A DNA stretch of 64,000 nucleotides from a bacterium. Its GTDB lineage: Bacteria; Bacteroidota; Ignavibacteria; UBA10030. Position 1 is the first letter of the stretch. The number at the start of each line of letters is the position of its first letter. The stretch spans positions 33,506 through 97,505 of the forward strand of contig JAZDJN010000064.1 in assembly GCA_043803945.1 (NCBI GenBank), in the 5' to 3' direction. Made by a program: the position numbers and the translations under genes. Positions 1 to 9,368 of this stretch are shown here, piece by piece. Below the pieces are notes generated by a model. It was not told the origin of the DNA, ran no database searches, and was given only the letters and a program-made list of their open reading frames with translations.

Positions 1-1
1 T

Positions 2-3000
2 TCCGATGAGACCATTGTTGAAGCATCGGCAGGGTCTGGTAAAACAACGGCCCTGACAGAGCGGCTGGCTCAGTTCCTTCTCTCCCATTCAATCCCGCAC
101 AACAAGCTGCAAAACATTCTTGCCATTACGTTCACCAATAATGCTGCACGCGAGATGAAAGAGCGTGTATTGCAACTTCTCAAAAAAGCTGCGCTCGGCG
201 ATGAAACAACGCTCAACCGATTTTCCGATCTGCTGACACTCGATCGCGGCCTCATTCAGCGCCAGGCAGAACTGCGTGTCGATGAAATTCTGAATAACTA
301 CTCCGATTTTCAAATACTCACTATCGACAGCTTCCTTGCAAGAATTTTCAAATCAACTGCTGTTCAATTCGGCTTTCCCCCTGACTTTGAAATTGTTCTT
401 GACAGCCGTTCATTACTCAACGAGGGGTTGCAATTGTTTGCCCGTGATATCACACAAGGGGCGTCAACCACTGAACTGCTCAATCAGCTTATTGCCCTGC
501 TGCTTGAGGGACGCAGTGCCTCGGAGCGGTACCTCTGGAATCCTTTTGATGATATTTCAAGAAAAGTACGCGACCTCTATGCAAAAACTGTTTTGTATTC
601 AAAGCCTCTTGTGGTTGAAGATTTCTCAGATGAAATCCGGCAAGAAAGTCAGCGCCTCATACGATTGGTGCTGGAACTGGATATGATGGTTGAACAATCT
701 GGATTACCACGGCAAGCGCGTTTTGAGAAGTATGTCGCTGAAGCACGCATGAGCGACGCTCAGCGGCTGCTTGATCTCCAGATGCCATCGCCTCCCACCA
801 AAAAATCCAAAAGCAGTTTGTACGAATCCTGGTTGATAACGATCGAACCTCTGTGTGACACGATTGTTGAACTCCGCAGCCGCCTGATCATGCTGAAAGC
901 CCGACAGCATTTCCAGCCCTATGCCCGTTCCCTAGAATTGCTCCAACAAAGCCTTGAGAGCCTCAAGCGTCAACACGGGATAATCGATATTGCCGATATC
1001 TCAAAGCGGCTTGCTGCATTTTTAACCCGCGAGATTATTCCCGAAATTTACTACGGCCTTGGCGACCTCATTCACCATTATTTAATCGATGAGTTTCAGG
1101 ACACCAATCCGATTCAATGGGAGAACCTGTATCCGCTCATTGACAATGCACTGTCGCAGGGTGGAAGCATATTTATCGTCGGCGATATGAAACAATCGAT
1201 TTATGGATTCCGCGGCGCCGATTGGAAAATCATGCGCAAACTCATTCAAACGAATGTGTTTCCCTCTGCACACAAAACTGTTGCTCAGTTGACCGAGAAT
1301 TATCGAAGCTATCAAAGAATCCTCGACTTTACTCAAACTGTATTCAAGGAGATTGTGCCAACACAGGTTGACCCTGAGGCCGCTGATGCAAGCGGTTTGA
1401 AAAGTTACATTCAGGTTCCCATAGAAAAATTCAAGGGGAAGGGATATGTCGAACTGGAGTTTTTTGAGAAGGATACAGCAGAGAACACTCTTCCTGAAAA
1501 AAAGAAGCTGCTGGATATTATCAGCTCATGTGTGCGTCGCGGATATCGATGCCGCGATATTGCGATTCTTACACCCAAAAACCAAACCGTGATTACCGTG
1601 AGCGGTTGGCTGAACGAACAAAATATCGCCTTTGTTTCCCACAGCAGCCTCGATGTCAGAAACCGGAAGAGTGTCGGCGAATTGCTTGCCCTTCTGCACT
1701 TTTTAGATTCCCCAATCGACGACCTTTCCTTCTCGACCTTCATCCTTGGAGACTTATTCGGTGCACTTCTTGCCTCTGAAGAATCCCCGGTCAACACTGC
1801 GGTACTACGCGACCTGATAGTTCATCACCGGACGAGCCGGAGTTCCGATTCAGCGCTCTATACTGTGTTCCGGTCTCAGCATTCCGATCTCTGGGCCCGG
1901 TACTTCGATCAGCTTTTTTCTCTTACCGGTTATGTACCGCTGTACGATCTTGTGTCCGAAATGATCAAACACCTCCGTGTGTTCGACATCCTCCCGGAGG
2001 AAGAAGCCGCCATTGTCAAATTGCTGGAGGTCATCAGGCCCTTCGAAGAGACAGGAGAGAACAGCCTGAAGGGTTTCCTCCGGTTCGCCGACGAGGCATC
2101 AGACCAGAGCGATTGGGATATTGCCATTCCGCTTGATGTCCATGCCGTTACCGTGATGACGCTCCACAAGGCAAAGGGCCTCGGATTCCCCGTTGTTATT
2201 GTACTTCTCTACGACAGCCGGCCGCGCAGCGATGGTTACACATTCATCGATGAGGGCGATGGCATGCATATCGTTCATCTCACACAAGATATTGCTAAAC
2301 ATGTGGCGGAGCTGCGCCCCTGGCTAAAGGAAAAAGAGCTGAACGCTGCGGTCGATGAGTTGAACAAGCTCTATGTTGCTCTGACCCGCGCCCGAGAAGA
2401 GATGTATATCCTCAGTGTGAAGAATGATCGATCAACAGAACCTTCGTCGTTCCTGCCAACGACAGGATTTGAACCCGGAACACCTCCCCGGGTGTCCGCT
2501 CAGGAACAACCGGCAGAACCTTGCGCTCGTTCGTTCCATCATAATCAACCGGCCATGAAACAAAGTGTTGAATACCAGAAGATCGGCCTGCGGGAAGTCG
2601 AGCGAGGTGAGCTTATTCATCTGATGCTTTCCCGCATCAATGCTTTGGACAATGATCTTCACCGCCAACTGTTCTCATTGATAGAACAATGTTCTATCGA
2701 ATCACGAAGCGTGTTCGATCAAACAGCCCTGCTTGAAACATTACTGCGGTTCCTCTCCAATCCGGAGGTGAACGTATTCTTCACTATGCAGCCGGGCCGG
2801 ACAATATTGAACGAGCACGAGTTTGTAACCCGGGAAGGACGGCTGCAGCGAATGGATCGAGTCATCCTCGACACGGACAGAATAATCGTTATCGACTATA
2901 AAACAGGGGACGAGAACCCGGAGTATCACGAACAGGTGCGGGGTTATATGAACATCCTGAAGGAGGTGTACCCCGGAAAACAGGTTATCGGCTTCCTTGC

Positions 3001-3037
3001 CTATGTCGATCGTAACGTGCTGAGGGCTGTGGTATGA
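2..3037 (+). CDS. addA: UvrD-family helicase/nuclease, AddA-like (5' truncated by window edge)
   Basis: Frame is open from base 2 and reads SDETIVEASAGSGKTT (Walker A) and AITFTNNAA (motif Ia) before the track's ATG at 155; also LIDEFQDT, VGDMKQSIYGFRGA, MTLHKAKGL, LYVALTRA and a C-terminal RMDRV..IDYKTG PD-(D/E)xK nuclease. Confidence 0.9.
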   Translation, partial: SDETIVEASAGSGKTTALTERLAQFLLSHSIPHNKLQNILAITFTNNAAREMKERVLQLLKKAALGDETTLNRFSDLLTLDRGLIQRQAELRVDEILNNYSDFQILTIDSFLARIFKSTAVQFGFPPDFEIVLDSRSLLNEGLQLFARDITQGASTTELLNQLIALLLEGRSASERYLWNPFDDISRKVRDLYAKTVLYSKPLVVEDFSDEIRQESQRLIRLVLELDMMVEQSGLPRQARFEKYVAEARMSDAQRLLDLQMPSPPTKKSKSSLYESWLITIEPLCDTIVELRSRLIMLKARQHFQPYARSLELLQQSLESLKRQHGIIDIADISKRLAAFLTREIIPEIYYGLGDLIHHYLIDEFQDTNPIQWENLYPLIDNALSQGGSIFIVGDMKQSIYGFRGADWKIMRKLIQTNVFPSAHKTVAQLTENYRSYQRILDFTQTVFKEIVPTQVDPEAADASGLKSYIQVPIEKFKGKGYVELEFFEKDTAENTLPEKKKLLDIISSCVRRGYRCRDIAILTPKNQTVITVSGWLNEQNIAFVSHSSLDVRNRKSVGELLALLHFLDSPIDDLSFSTFILGDLFGALLASEESPVNTAVLRDLIVHHRTSRSSDSALYTVFRSQHSDLWARYFDQLFSLTGYVPLYDLVSEMIKHLRVFDILPEEEAAIVKLLEVIRPFEETGENSLKGFLRFADEASDQSDWDIAIPLDVHAVTVMTLHKAKGLGFPVVIVLLYDSRPRSDGYTFIDEGDGMHIVHLTQDIAKHVAELRPWLKEKELNAAVDELNKLYVALTRAREEMYILSVKNDRSTEPSSFLPTTGFEPGTPPRVSAQEQPAEPCARSFHHNQPAMKQSVEYQKIGLREVERGELIHLMLSRINALDNDLHRQLFSLIEQCSIESRSVFDQTALLETLLRFLSNPEVNVFFTMQPGRTILNEHEFVTREGRLQRMDRVILDTDRIIVIDYKTGDENPEYHEQVRGYMNILKEVYPGKQVIGFLAYVDRNVLRAVV

Positions 3038-5871
3038 GTGCTCTCTCTATTCTATCGCCGCAGCAGAGCTTGATCTCGCATATCGTTTCGATGCTCGATG
3101 GTCAGGGACTGGATTTCAGCCGGCATTGCATTGTCTTTCCCGGAAAGCGTCCGGCACATTTTATCCGGACAACGCTGGCCGGACGACTGCAGTCGGCATA
3201 CATTCCGCCTCAGCTCTTTTCCATCGACACCTTTGTTGAACACCTCCTCCGGGAACAACTTGGCGTTCGCAGCACGCCGATCGACAGCCTCGATGCTACT
3301 GCACTGCTTTATGAGATTCACTGCTCTCTGCCGAACCGTATCGGCGGCAGCCATTTCATATCGCTCGATCGTTTCATTCCCATCGGCCTCAAGCTTTTTG
3401 CCGAACTGGAAGAATTGAAGATGGCTGCTGTTTCCGTCTCAAGTATTCTTGGGGCGCTTGGACGTGTACCCTACGGTAACTACCCTTCCCTGCCGCACTA
3501 CTATGAGGCATTTTATCGTCAGGTTGCCGATCGTGAATTCACCACCCGTGCAGTTTCCTACGATACGCTCGTACAACGAATTCAGGAAATTGATTTCTCT
3601 CAGTACGGCTCAATTGTTATCGCCGGGTTTTACGCCTTTGCATCCCTCGAAGCACGAATGATAAAAGCACTCTACCGGCTTCCCCAAACGCATCTCATCT
3701 TTCAGGAGGGCCCGGGGCTCCGGCGCCAGCTTGAAGCCCTTGATCTTTCTCCGGACAACGATGGTGTTCCCGAGCAGCAGAATCCGACAGTAAAACTTTA
3801 CAAGGCCGCCGACACACACGGACAGATCTTCGCTTTGAATCAACAGATGAAGGACCTTCTCGATTCAGGAACTCCACTTGATGAAAAAACCGTCATTGTG
3901 CTTCCAGCGCCCGATGCATTATTTCCGGTCATCCATCAGCCGTTGGCATTGCTGGATGAAAGCCAGTATAATATCTCCATGGGGTACCCGCTTGAGCGAA
4001 CTCCGCTCTTCGGATTTCTCACCAGCCTGATGAACGTTGTTCTCTCCATGCAGAACGGCAAAGTCAGTGCGGCAAGTTACATGGCTTTTGCCTTGCATCC
4101 TTATACCAAGAATATTCGTTTTGGTACACGCTCGGATGTGACGCGTGTACTATTCCACGCGATTGAAGACCATATTGCCGGAATCCGCTCGAAGGTTCTT
4201 CTCTCTCTTGAAGAACTTGAAAACTCCGTCGAGGTCTTTGATCAGGTTTGCCATGCTTTTCCCGCCGACGATTTTAAGTTATTACCGACCGATCTGAAAG
4301 AGCATCTCTTTGCGATACATTCCAGGACGCTCCGAACATTTATGCATCTTGAGAGTGTTGAAGATTTCGCGAACAAGTTGATCGACGTCATCCAGTATAT
4401 CAACGACCGGAGCACGGCGCAGCTTCATCCTCTCTTTCACCGGTATGCCGAAAGCTTTCTTACACTCTTTACTTCGATGACAAAATCCCTGTTACGGGAG
4501 AAGAGGTTTGAGACACCGCATGGCTATGCTCAATTTCTTCAAAGTGCTGTTGCCTCACGTGATGTTCCCTTTCCCGGAACGCCGGTGCATGGCGTACAGG
4601 TACTCGGTTTGTTAGAAACACGCGGGCTCCATTTCGATCGTGTCTATATGCTCGATGTTTGCGATGACATCATCCCGGGTAATCGCGGCCAGCACCTGCT
4701 TCTGCCCCAGCCGTTACGTGAGGTGTTGGGCATGGAAACCCATGCCGGCAAGGAGCAGCTTATGGAGTACTATGTTACACTTCTCCTGAACAGCGCCCGC
4801 GAGGTACACCTGTTTTTCACCGAGGATGGACACCATGAGAAAAGCCGATTCATCGAAAAAATTCTCTGGCGCCAGGCGCAGAAGAATAAAAGCCTGGCCG
4901 ATGTTCAGCCCGTGAACGTTATCCGGTACAGGATAGACCTCTCAACCCGGATCCCCGCGCCAATTCCAAAATCGGAAACAGTTACCCGGCACCTGAAGCG
5001 CTATCTCTACAATGCAACCGCACTTGATACGTACCTGCGATGCCCGATCCAATTCTATTACCGATATGTACTTCGCCTGAAAGAAAAAGAAGAGGTCGCT
5101 TCCGACATTGAAACGCAGGAGATTGGAACACTTGTTCACGGCATCTTGAAAGAATTATTCTCCCCGACCGTCGGCCGAACACTCCTTGAAAGTGATCCTT
5201 CTCTCGAACATTTTGAACATCTTGTGGAAGAGCAGTTCTCGGCAACCTATGGGAAGGAGGTTTCAGGGCCGCTTCTCCTAATGAAACAACGGCTGCACCA
5301 ACAACTCCTCCAGTTCATCGAACAGTATCAGCGCCCGATGGCTAAGAAGCACAAGATTGTTATAACAGGCGTTGAGCAGATTCTTTCAGCAAGCATGGAA
5401 GGTTATAACTTTACAGGGCGGGTGGACCGGATCGAAGAGCGGGATGGAAAGCAGATCATTCTCGACTATAAAATTCGTCATGATGATACCCCCTATAAAA
5501 TTCGCGTCGATGCACTCGATGTCGACAGGAGAGAAACCTGGACAAAGGCAATTGGATCTCTGCAGCTTCCCCTCTATGCGTTACTCTACTCGCAAGCCGC
5601 CCAGATTCCCATCGAGAACATTACTCCAGGTTATCTTTTGCTGGGGAAAAACCGGCTCGATACAGAGATCGAGGCATGCATCACAGACGATCCCGGGGAG
5701 CAGACGGAACGGTTGAGGCAGCTCGACATCGTTATTCATGCTCTCCTTGATGAGATTACATCTGAGCAGATTTCGTTTACACCGACCGATGATCTCCTCG
5801 GGAATTGCCCGCAATGCCCCTACTCAACACTCTGTGGAACTCAATGGGTTCATGGGCGAGAGATGGCTTAA
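3034..5871 (+). CDS. addB: AddB-like subunit: inactive helicase fold plus C-terminal PD-(D/E)xK nuclease with Fe-S cysteines
   Basis: ATGA overlap with addA; YLRCPIQFY...GRVDRIE...LDYK...QLPLY...CPQCPYSTLC (1+3 Cys pattern). Confidence 0.85.
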   Translation: MSALSILSPQQSLISHIVSMLDGQGLDFSRHCIVFPGKRPAHFIRTTLAGRLQSAYIPPQLFSIDTFVEHLLREQLGVRSTPIDSLDATALLYEIHCSLPNRIGGSHFISLDRFIPIGLKLFAELEELKMAAVSVSSILGALGRVPYGNYPSLPHYYEAFYRQVADREFTTRAVSYDTLVQRIQEIDFSQYGSIVIAGFYAFASLEARMIKALYRLPQTHLIFQEGPGLRRQLEALDLSPDNDGVPEQQNPTVKLYKAADTHGQIFALNQQMKDLLDSGTPLDEKTVIVLPAPDALFPVIHQPLALLDESQYNISMGYPLERTPLFGFLTSLMNVVLSMQNGKVSAASYMAFALHPYTKNIRFGTRSDVTRVLFHAIEDHIAGIRSKVLLSLEELENSVEVFDQVCHAFPADDFKLLPTDLKEHLFAIHSRTLRTFMHLESVEDFANKLIDVIQYINDRSTAQLHPLFHRYAESFLTLFTSMTKSLLREKRFETPHGYAQFLQSAVASRDVPFPGTPVHGVQVLGLLETRGLHFDRVYMLDVCDDIIPGNRGQHLLLPQPLREVLGMETHAGKEQLMEYYVTLLLNSAREVHLFFTEDGHHEKSRFIEKILWRQAQKNKSLADVQPVNVIRYRIDLSTRIPAPIPKSETVTRHLKRYLYNATALDTYLRCPIQFYYRYVLRLKEKEEVASDIETQEIGTLVHGILKELFSPTVGRTLLESDPSLEHFEHLVEEQFSATYGKEVSGPLLLMKQRLHQQLLQFIEQYQRPMAKKHKIVITGVEQILSASMEGYNFTGRVDRIEERDGKQIILDYKIRHDDTPYKIRVDALDVDRRETWTKAIGSLQLPLYALLYSQAAQIPIENITPGYLLLGKNRLDTEIEACITDDPGEQTERLRQLDIVIHALLDEITSEQISFTPTDDLLGNCPQCPYSTLCGTQWVHGREMA

Positions 5872-5927
5872 ATTATTCTTTTGATTACTGAAATAGCACA
5901 TAACAGCATCAGAACTAATAAATCGGA

Positions 5928-5955
5928 TTGACTCTGAATGTTTATTCGCTATCTT
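5928..5955 (+). promoter_or_regulatory. Putative sigma70-type promoter for the metal-efflux operon
   Basis: TTGACT-N16-TATCTT about 45 bp upstream of the ATG at 6000. Confidence 0.35.
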
Positions 5956-5999
5956 ATACATGGGTTCCGTAGCGCTCGGAACTTAGTATAGAACGACAC

Positions 6000-6410
6000 A
6001 TGAGATCCCATAGGCCAAACATATTGATTTCTTCTCTGTTGATCACGGTGTTTACCGTGTTCATCGTTGGTATTCCCGTGGTGATACATTTTTGCACTAT
6101 GATGACCATGGAAAATCCCGTGTGCAAGATGATGCCACCGGAAACTCATGGTGGTCTTTCTGTTATACCTGAAATTCTGAATTGCTGCACGAGCCACATT
6201 ATCGCCGAGAAAAATACCACACCGTATCTTTCTATCGGGCAATTTACAATATTACCCCCGGTACCCCTTCATCCTGTTGCCCAAATAACCAATGATACGT
6301 ATCTTACTTACGGGCAATCTTCATTGTCGGAGGTACTGTGCATTACCCACTCACCACCCTGCAGAGAGGCTCTCTCTCTCTCAATTCTGAATTCTACGCT
6401 TCTCATTTAA
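6000..6410 (+). CDS. HYC_CC_PP-like small protein heading a heavy-metal operon
   Basis: N-terminal hydrophobic segment, then HFC, NCC and HSPP motifs and a C-terminal ...STLLI; directly upstream of the TolC/CusB/CusA genes. Confidence 0.65.
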   Translation: MRSHRPNILISSLLITVFTVFIVGIPVVIHFCTMMTMENPVCKMMPPETHGGLSVIPEILNCCTSHIIAEKNTTPYLSIGQFTILPPVPLHPVAQITNDTYLTYGQSSLSEVLCITHSPPCREALSLSILNSTLLI

Positions 6411-6489
6411 GCACTTGTCGCTTCATTGCCCATAGTCGTCCTGTTCTTAAGGACATTCTAACCAGAGAGCTTTTCAAAAAGGAGTGAAT

Positions 6490-7758
6490 ATGCGAATATG
6501 CATTTTCTTTTCTCTTGCATTGTTATTGATGCCGATTATGTACGGTCAAGAGCAGAAACGAGAGGAATTACTGGCGCTGATCAACGAAGCGATCCGGCAA
6601 AATCCTGAAATTGCCGCAGAACTATCGCGGGTAGCGATGCTGGCGGCGCGGATACCCCAAGCTAGTGCTCTCGCTGATCCTGAATTCACATTCAAGCAAA
6701 TGGAGTTCCCGGGGCTGCGATTGAGTGGAGCGATGTATCAGAATTTTGAACTCATGCAGATGATCATGTTCCCGACCAAGCTCTCGACGCGAAAAGACCT
6801 TGCCTTTGTGGCAGCGAAAAGTGCACAATGGGGACACACAGCGAAGACGGTTGAAATCATAGCCCGGGTACGGTCGGCATACGCCATGGTATGGGGCGTA
6901 CGGACACAGTTGACCATCAACCTTGAGAACCAGCAATTGCTGGAACAGATACTCCGTACCGCACAAACTCAATATTCTGTCGGACAGGCCTCGCAGCAGG
7001 ATGTGTTAAAAACAAGCGTGGAACTCGCTAAAGCACGTTCTGATGAAGCTTTTCTCCGCCAGGAAATTATGGGATCTGAAAGCATGCTGCGTGCCATTCT
7101 CAACAGGCCCCACTCTAGTGCTATCGGATTGATTACACTTGACGCTTTTCTGCCAATTCATCACTCCGTTGATGCATTACTCCGATATGCCTATGTCCAG
7201 CATCCAATGTTATCACAGGATTCTCTCAGCGTCGTTGGGAGTGATCTTATGGTAAGCATGGCGCGTCAGGAATACATACCCGATTTCAAGATCTCCGTGG
7301 AACGAGTCACGCAGCCAATGATCGGCATGAACTCGTGGTCTGTCATGGCAGGTATTACACTTCCGTTCGCTCCATGGTCACTCGCAAAAACTTCTGCCCG
7401 TGTGCAGGAAGCTCGAGCGGATCGTTCGATGCGTCAATCGATGCTGCAGGCAAATCGAACCATGGTTGAAGCAAGTATTCGTGAATCGTTTGCCCGTGTA
7501 AAGGCTTATGAAACTCAGGTTCAATCCTTTGATCAAACAATTTTACCGCAATCCAGGCAATCGCTTTTATCGTCCCTCGGAGAATACCAGGGCGGACGCA
7601 CATCCTACCTCATGCTCCTGGATGCCTTTCGGATGAATCAAGAGATGAGAATGGAAGCGGTTATGACTCGAATGAATTACGAAAAAGAATATGCCAATTT
7701 GCAGCGGCAGGTTGGCGTTGTCGATATCAAAGAGATTTCCTTAGAGGAGACACGATAA
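6490..7758 (+). CDS. TolC-family outer-membrane efflux protein (CusC-like)
   Basis: Signal peptide; AIRQNPEI and YQGGRTSYLMLLDA OEP-type motifs; operon context. Confidence 0.88.
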   Translation: MRICIFFSLALLLMPIMYGQEQKREELLALINEAIRQNPEIAAELSRVAMLAARIPQASALADPEFTFKQMEFPGLRLSGAMYQNFELMQMIMFPTKLSTRKDLAFVAAKSAQWGHTAKTVEIIARVRSAYAMVWGVRTQLTINLENQQLLEQILRTAQTQYSVGQASQQDVLKTSVELAKARSDEAFLRQEIMGSESMLRAILNRPHSSAIGLITLDAFLPIHHSVDALLRYAYVQHPMLSQDSLSVVGSDLMVSMARQEYIPDFKISVERVTQPMIGMNSWSVMAGITLPFAPWSLAKTSARVQEARADRSMRQSMLQANRTMVEASIRESFARVKAYETQVQSFDQTILPQSRQSLLSSLGEYQGGRTSYLMLLDAFRMNQEMRMEAVMTRMNYEKEYANLQRQVGVVDIKEISLEETR

Positions 7759-9368
7759 TGAAATATATCACGTTAATATTTTCATTCGCCCTTACCTTTT
7801 TTCTCCTTTCGTGCTCACAACAGCAGGAGAAGAAAACAACGCAGGGAGCGGATGCCGTTGTGACACAGAGCGCTGAGTATTACACCTGTCCCATGCATCC
7901 ATCCGTTATCTCAGATAAGCCGGGAGCCTGCCCGGTTTGCGGTATGGCGCTCGTAAAAAAAATGAAACCCCAGGAAACATCATCGAACGATATGGACAAT
8001 CTGAGGGCTGTAACACTTTCGCCAACGCAACGCGTACTTGCCAATGTTGCAACGGCTCCGGTTGAACGAACTTCATCCGTCAGGTCTGTTTCTGCCGTCG
8101 GCGTTGTCAGCTATGCTGAACCGAATCAGGCGAACGTATCGGCATGGTTTCGAGGACGAATCGAGAAGTTGTACGTTAACTACACCGGGCAGGAAATAAA
8201 GAAAGGGCAGCCCCTCTTTGAATTGCACAGCCCCGATCTTATTTCCGCCGAGCAGGAGCTTATTCTTGCACAATCAAGCGCTGCTGTTTCGTCGGGGAAT
8301 GATACAACGAGCCGCCAACGGACGCTGGAAGCTGCTCGTGAACGTTTGCATATTCATTTCGGTATGACCGACGAACAGATTGCGGAGACTGAAAAAATGA
8401 AACAACCTCGAATGAGCGTTACGTTTCATTCTCCCATTCACGGGACTGTGATTTCCAAAGAGGTGCAGGAAGGGCAATATGTTGACGAGGGCATGGTGCT
8501 ATACCGGCTTGTCGATCTATCAAAAGTATGGATTTATCTCGATGTCTATGAAAAAGACATCAGATTCGTGAAGATGGGAACATCCGTCTACTTCACGAGT
8601 GATACATATCCGAATGAACGATTTCATGGAACGGCGACCTTTATCGACCCGGTAATCAATGAAGAAACGCGAACGGTACGTGTTCGGATCGAATCAAATA
8701 ATATCAACAAAAAATTGAAACCGAATATGTTTGTTCAGGCGACAATAACCGTGCCATTTACAAGCAACGTTCTTGTTCCTTCATCTGCGGTGATGCTGAC
8801 AGGAAAACGTTCGGTCGTTTGGGTTGAAGTGAAACCCAATGTCTTTGAACCGCGTGATGTTGTCGTCGGAACTTCATCGGATACGAAATCTGAAATTCTC
8901 AACGGATTGAATGAAGGCGAGCAGGTTGCTGTGAGCGGAGGGTTCCTCATTGATTCAGAGAGCGCACTACGTCAACCGACATCCGCGGATCCGCACGCCG
9001 GACATCGGACACAAAAAGCGAACACAGCACAAACACCCGTGCCTTCATCAGATCAGGGCCACAATCATACAACGATGGAGTCTGATCAGGTAACGGATGT
9101 GAATATCACCGTTGATGGAAGTTATTCACCTGACACGATCCGTGTAAAGCTCGGGAAGAAAATACGATTGCATTTCACACGTCACGAAGATTCTGAATGC
9201 ACAAGTGAGGTCATCTTTGACCAATTCAACATTCGCCGCAAACTTCCGCCTCATCAAACTGTGGATATTGAAATTACTCCTGCGAAACCTGGAACATATG
9301 ATTTCCACTGCGGCATGGGTATGGTGCATGGTACTCTTATCGTTGATGATAAAGGAGTCCGGCGATGA
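7758..9368 (+). CDS. cusB: CusB-type RND periplasmic adaptor with N-terminal HMBD and C-terminal cupredoxin domain
   Basis: Lipobox LLSC; YTCPMHP..DKPGACPVCGMAL; GRIEKLYV..GQ.IKKGQPL; LKPNMFV; GGFLIDSES; C-terminal FHCGMGMVHG. Confidence 0.88.
   Translation: MKYITLIFSFALTFFLLSCSQQQEKKTTQGADAVVTQSAEYYTCPMHPSVISDKPGACPVCGMALVKKMKPQETSSNDMDNLRAVTLSPTQRVLANVATAPVERTSSVRSVSAVGVVSYAEPNQANVSAWFRGRIEKLYVNYTGQEIKKGQPLFELHSPDLISAEQELILAQSSAAVSSGNDTTSRQRTLEAARERLHIHFGMTDEQIAETEKMKQPRMSVTFHSPIHGTVISKEVQEGQYVDEGMVLYRLVDLSKVWIYLDVYEKDIRFVKMGTSVYFTSDTYPNERFHGTATFIDPVINEETRTVRVRIESNNINKKLKPNMFVQATITVPFTSNVLVPSSAVMLTGKRSVVWVEVKPNVFEPRDVVVGTSSDTKSEILNGLNEGEQVAVSGGFLIDSESALRQPTSADPHAGHRTQKANTAQTPVPSSDQGHNHTTMESDQVTDVNITVDGSYSPDTIRVKLGKKIRLHFTRHEDSECTSEVIFDQFNIRRKLPPHQTVDIEITPAKPGTYDFHCGMGMVHGTLIVDDKGVRR

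Noticed and set aside
3034-5871. Cas4-like nuclease next to a helicase as a defence system
   Set aside because: Size, motifs and coupling match housekeeping AddAB
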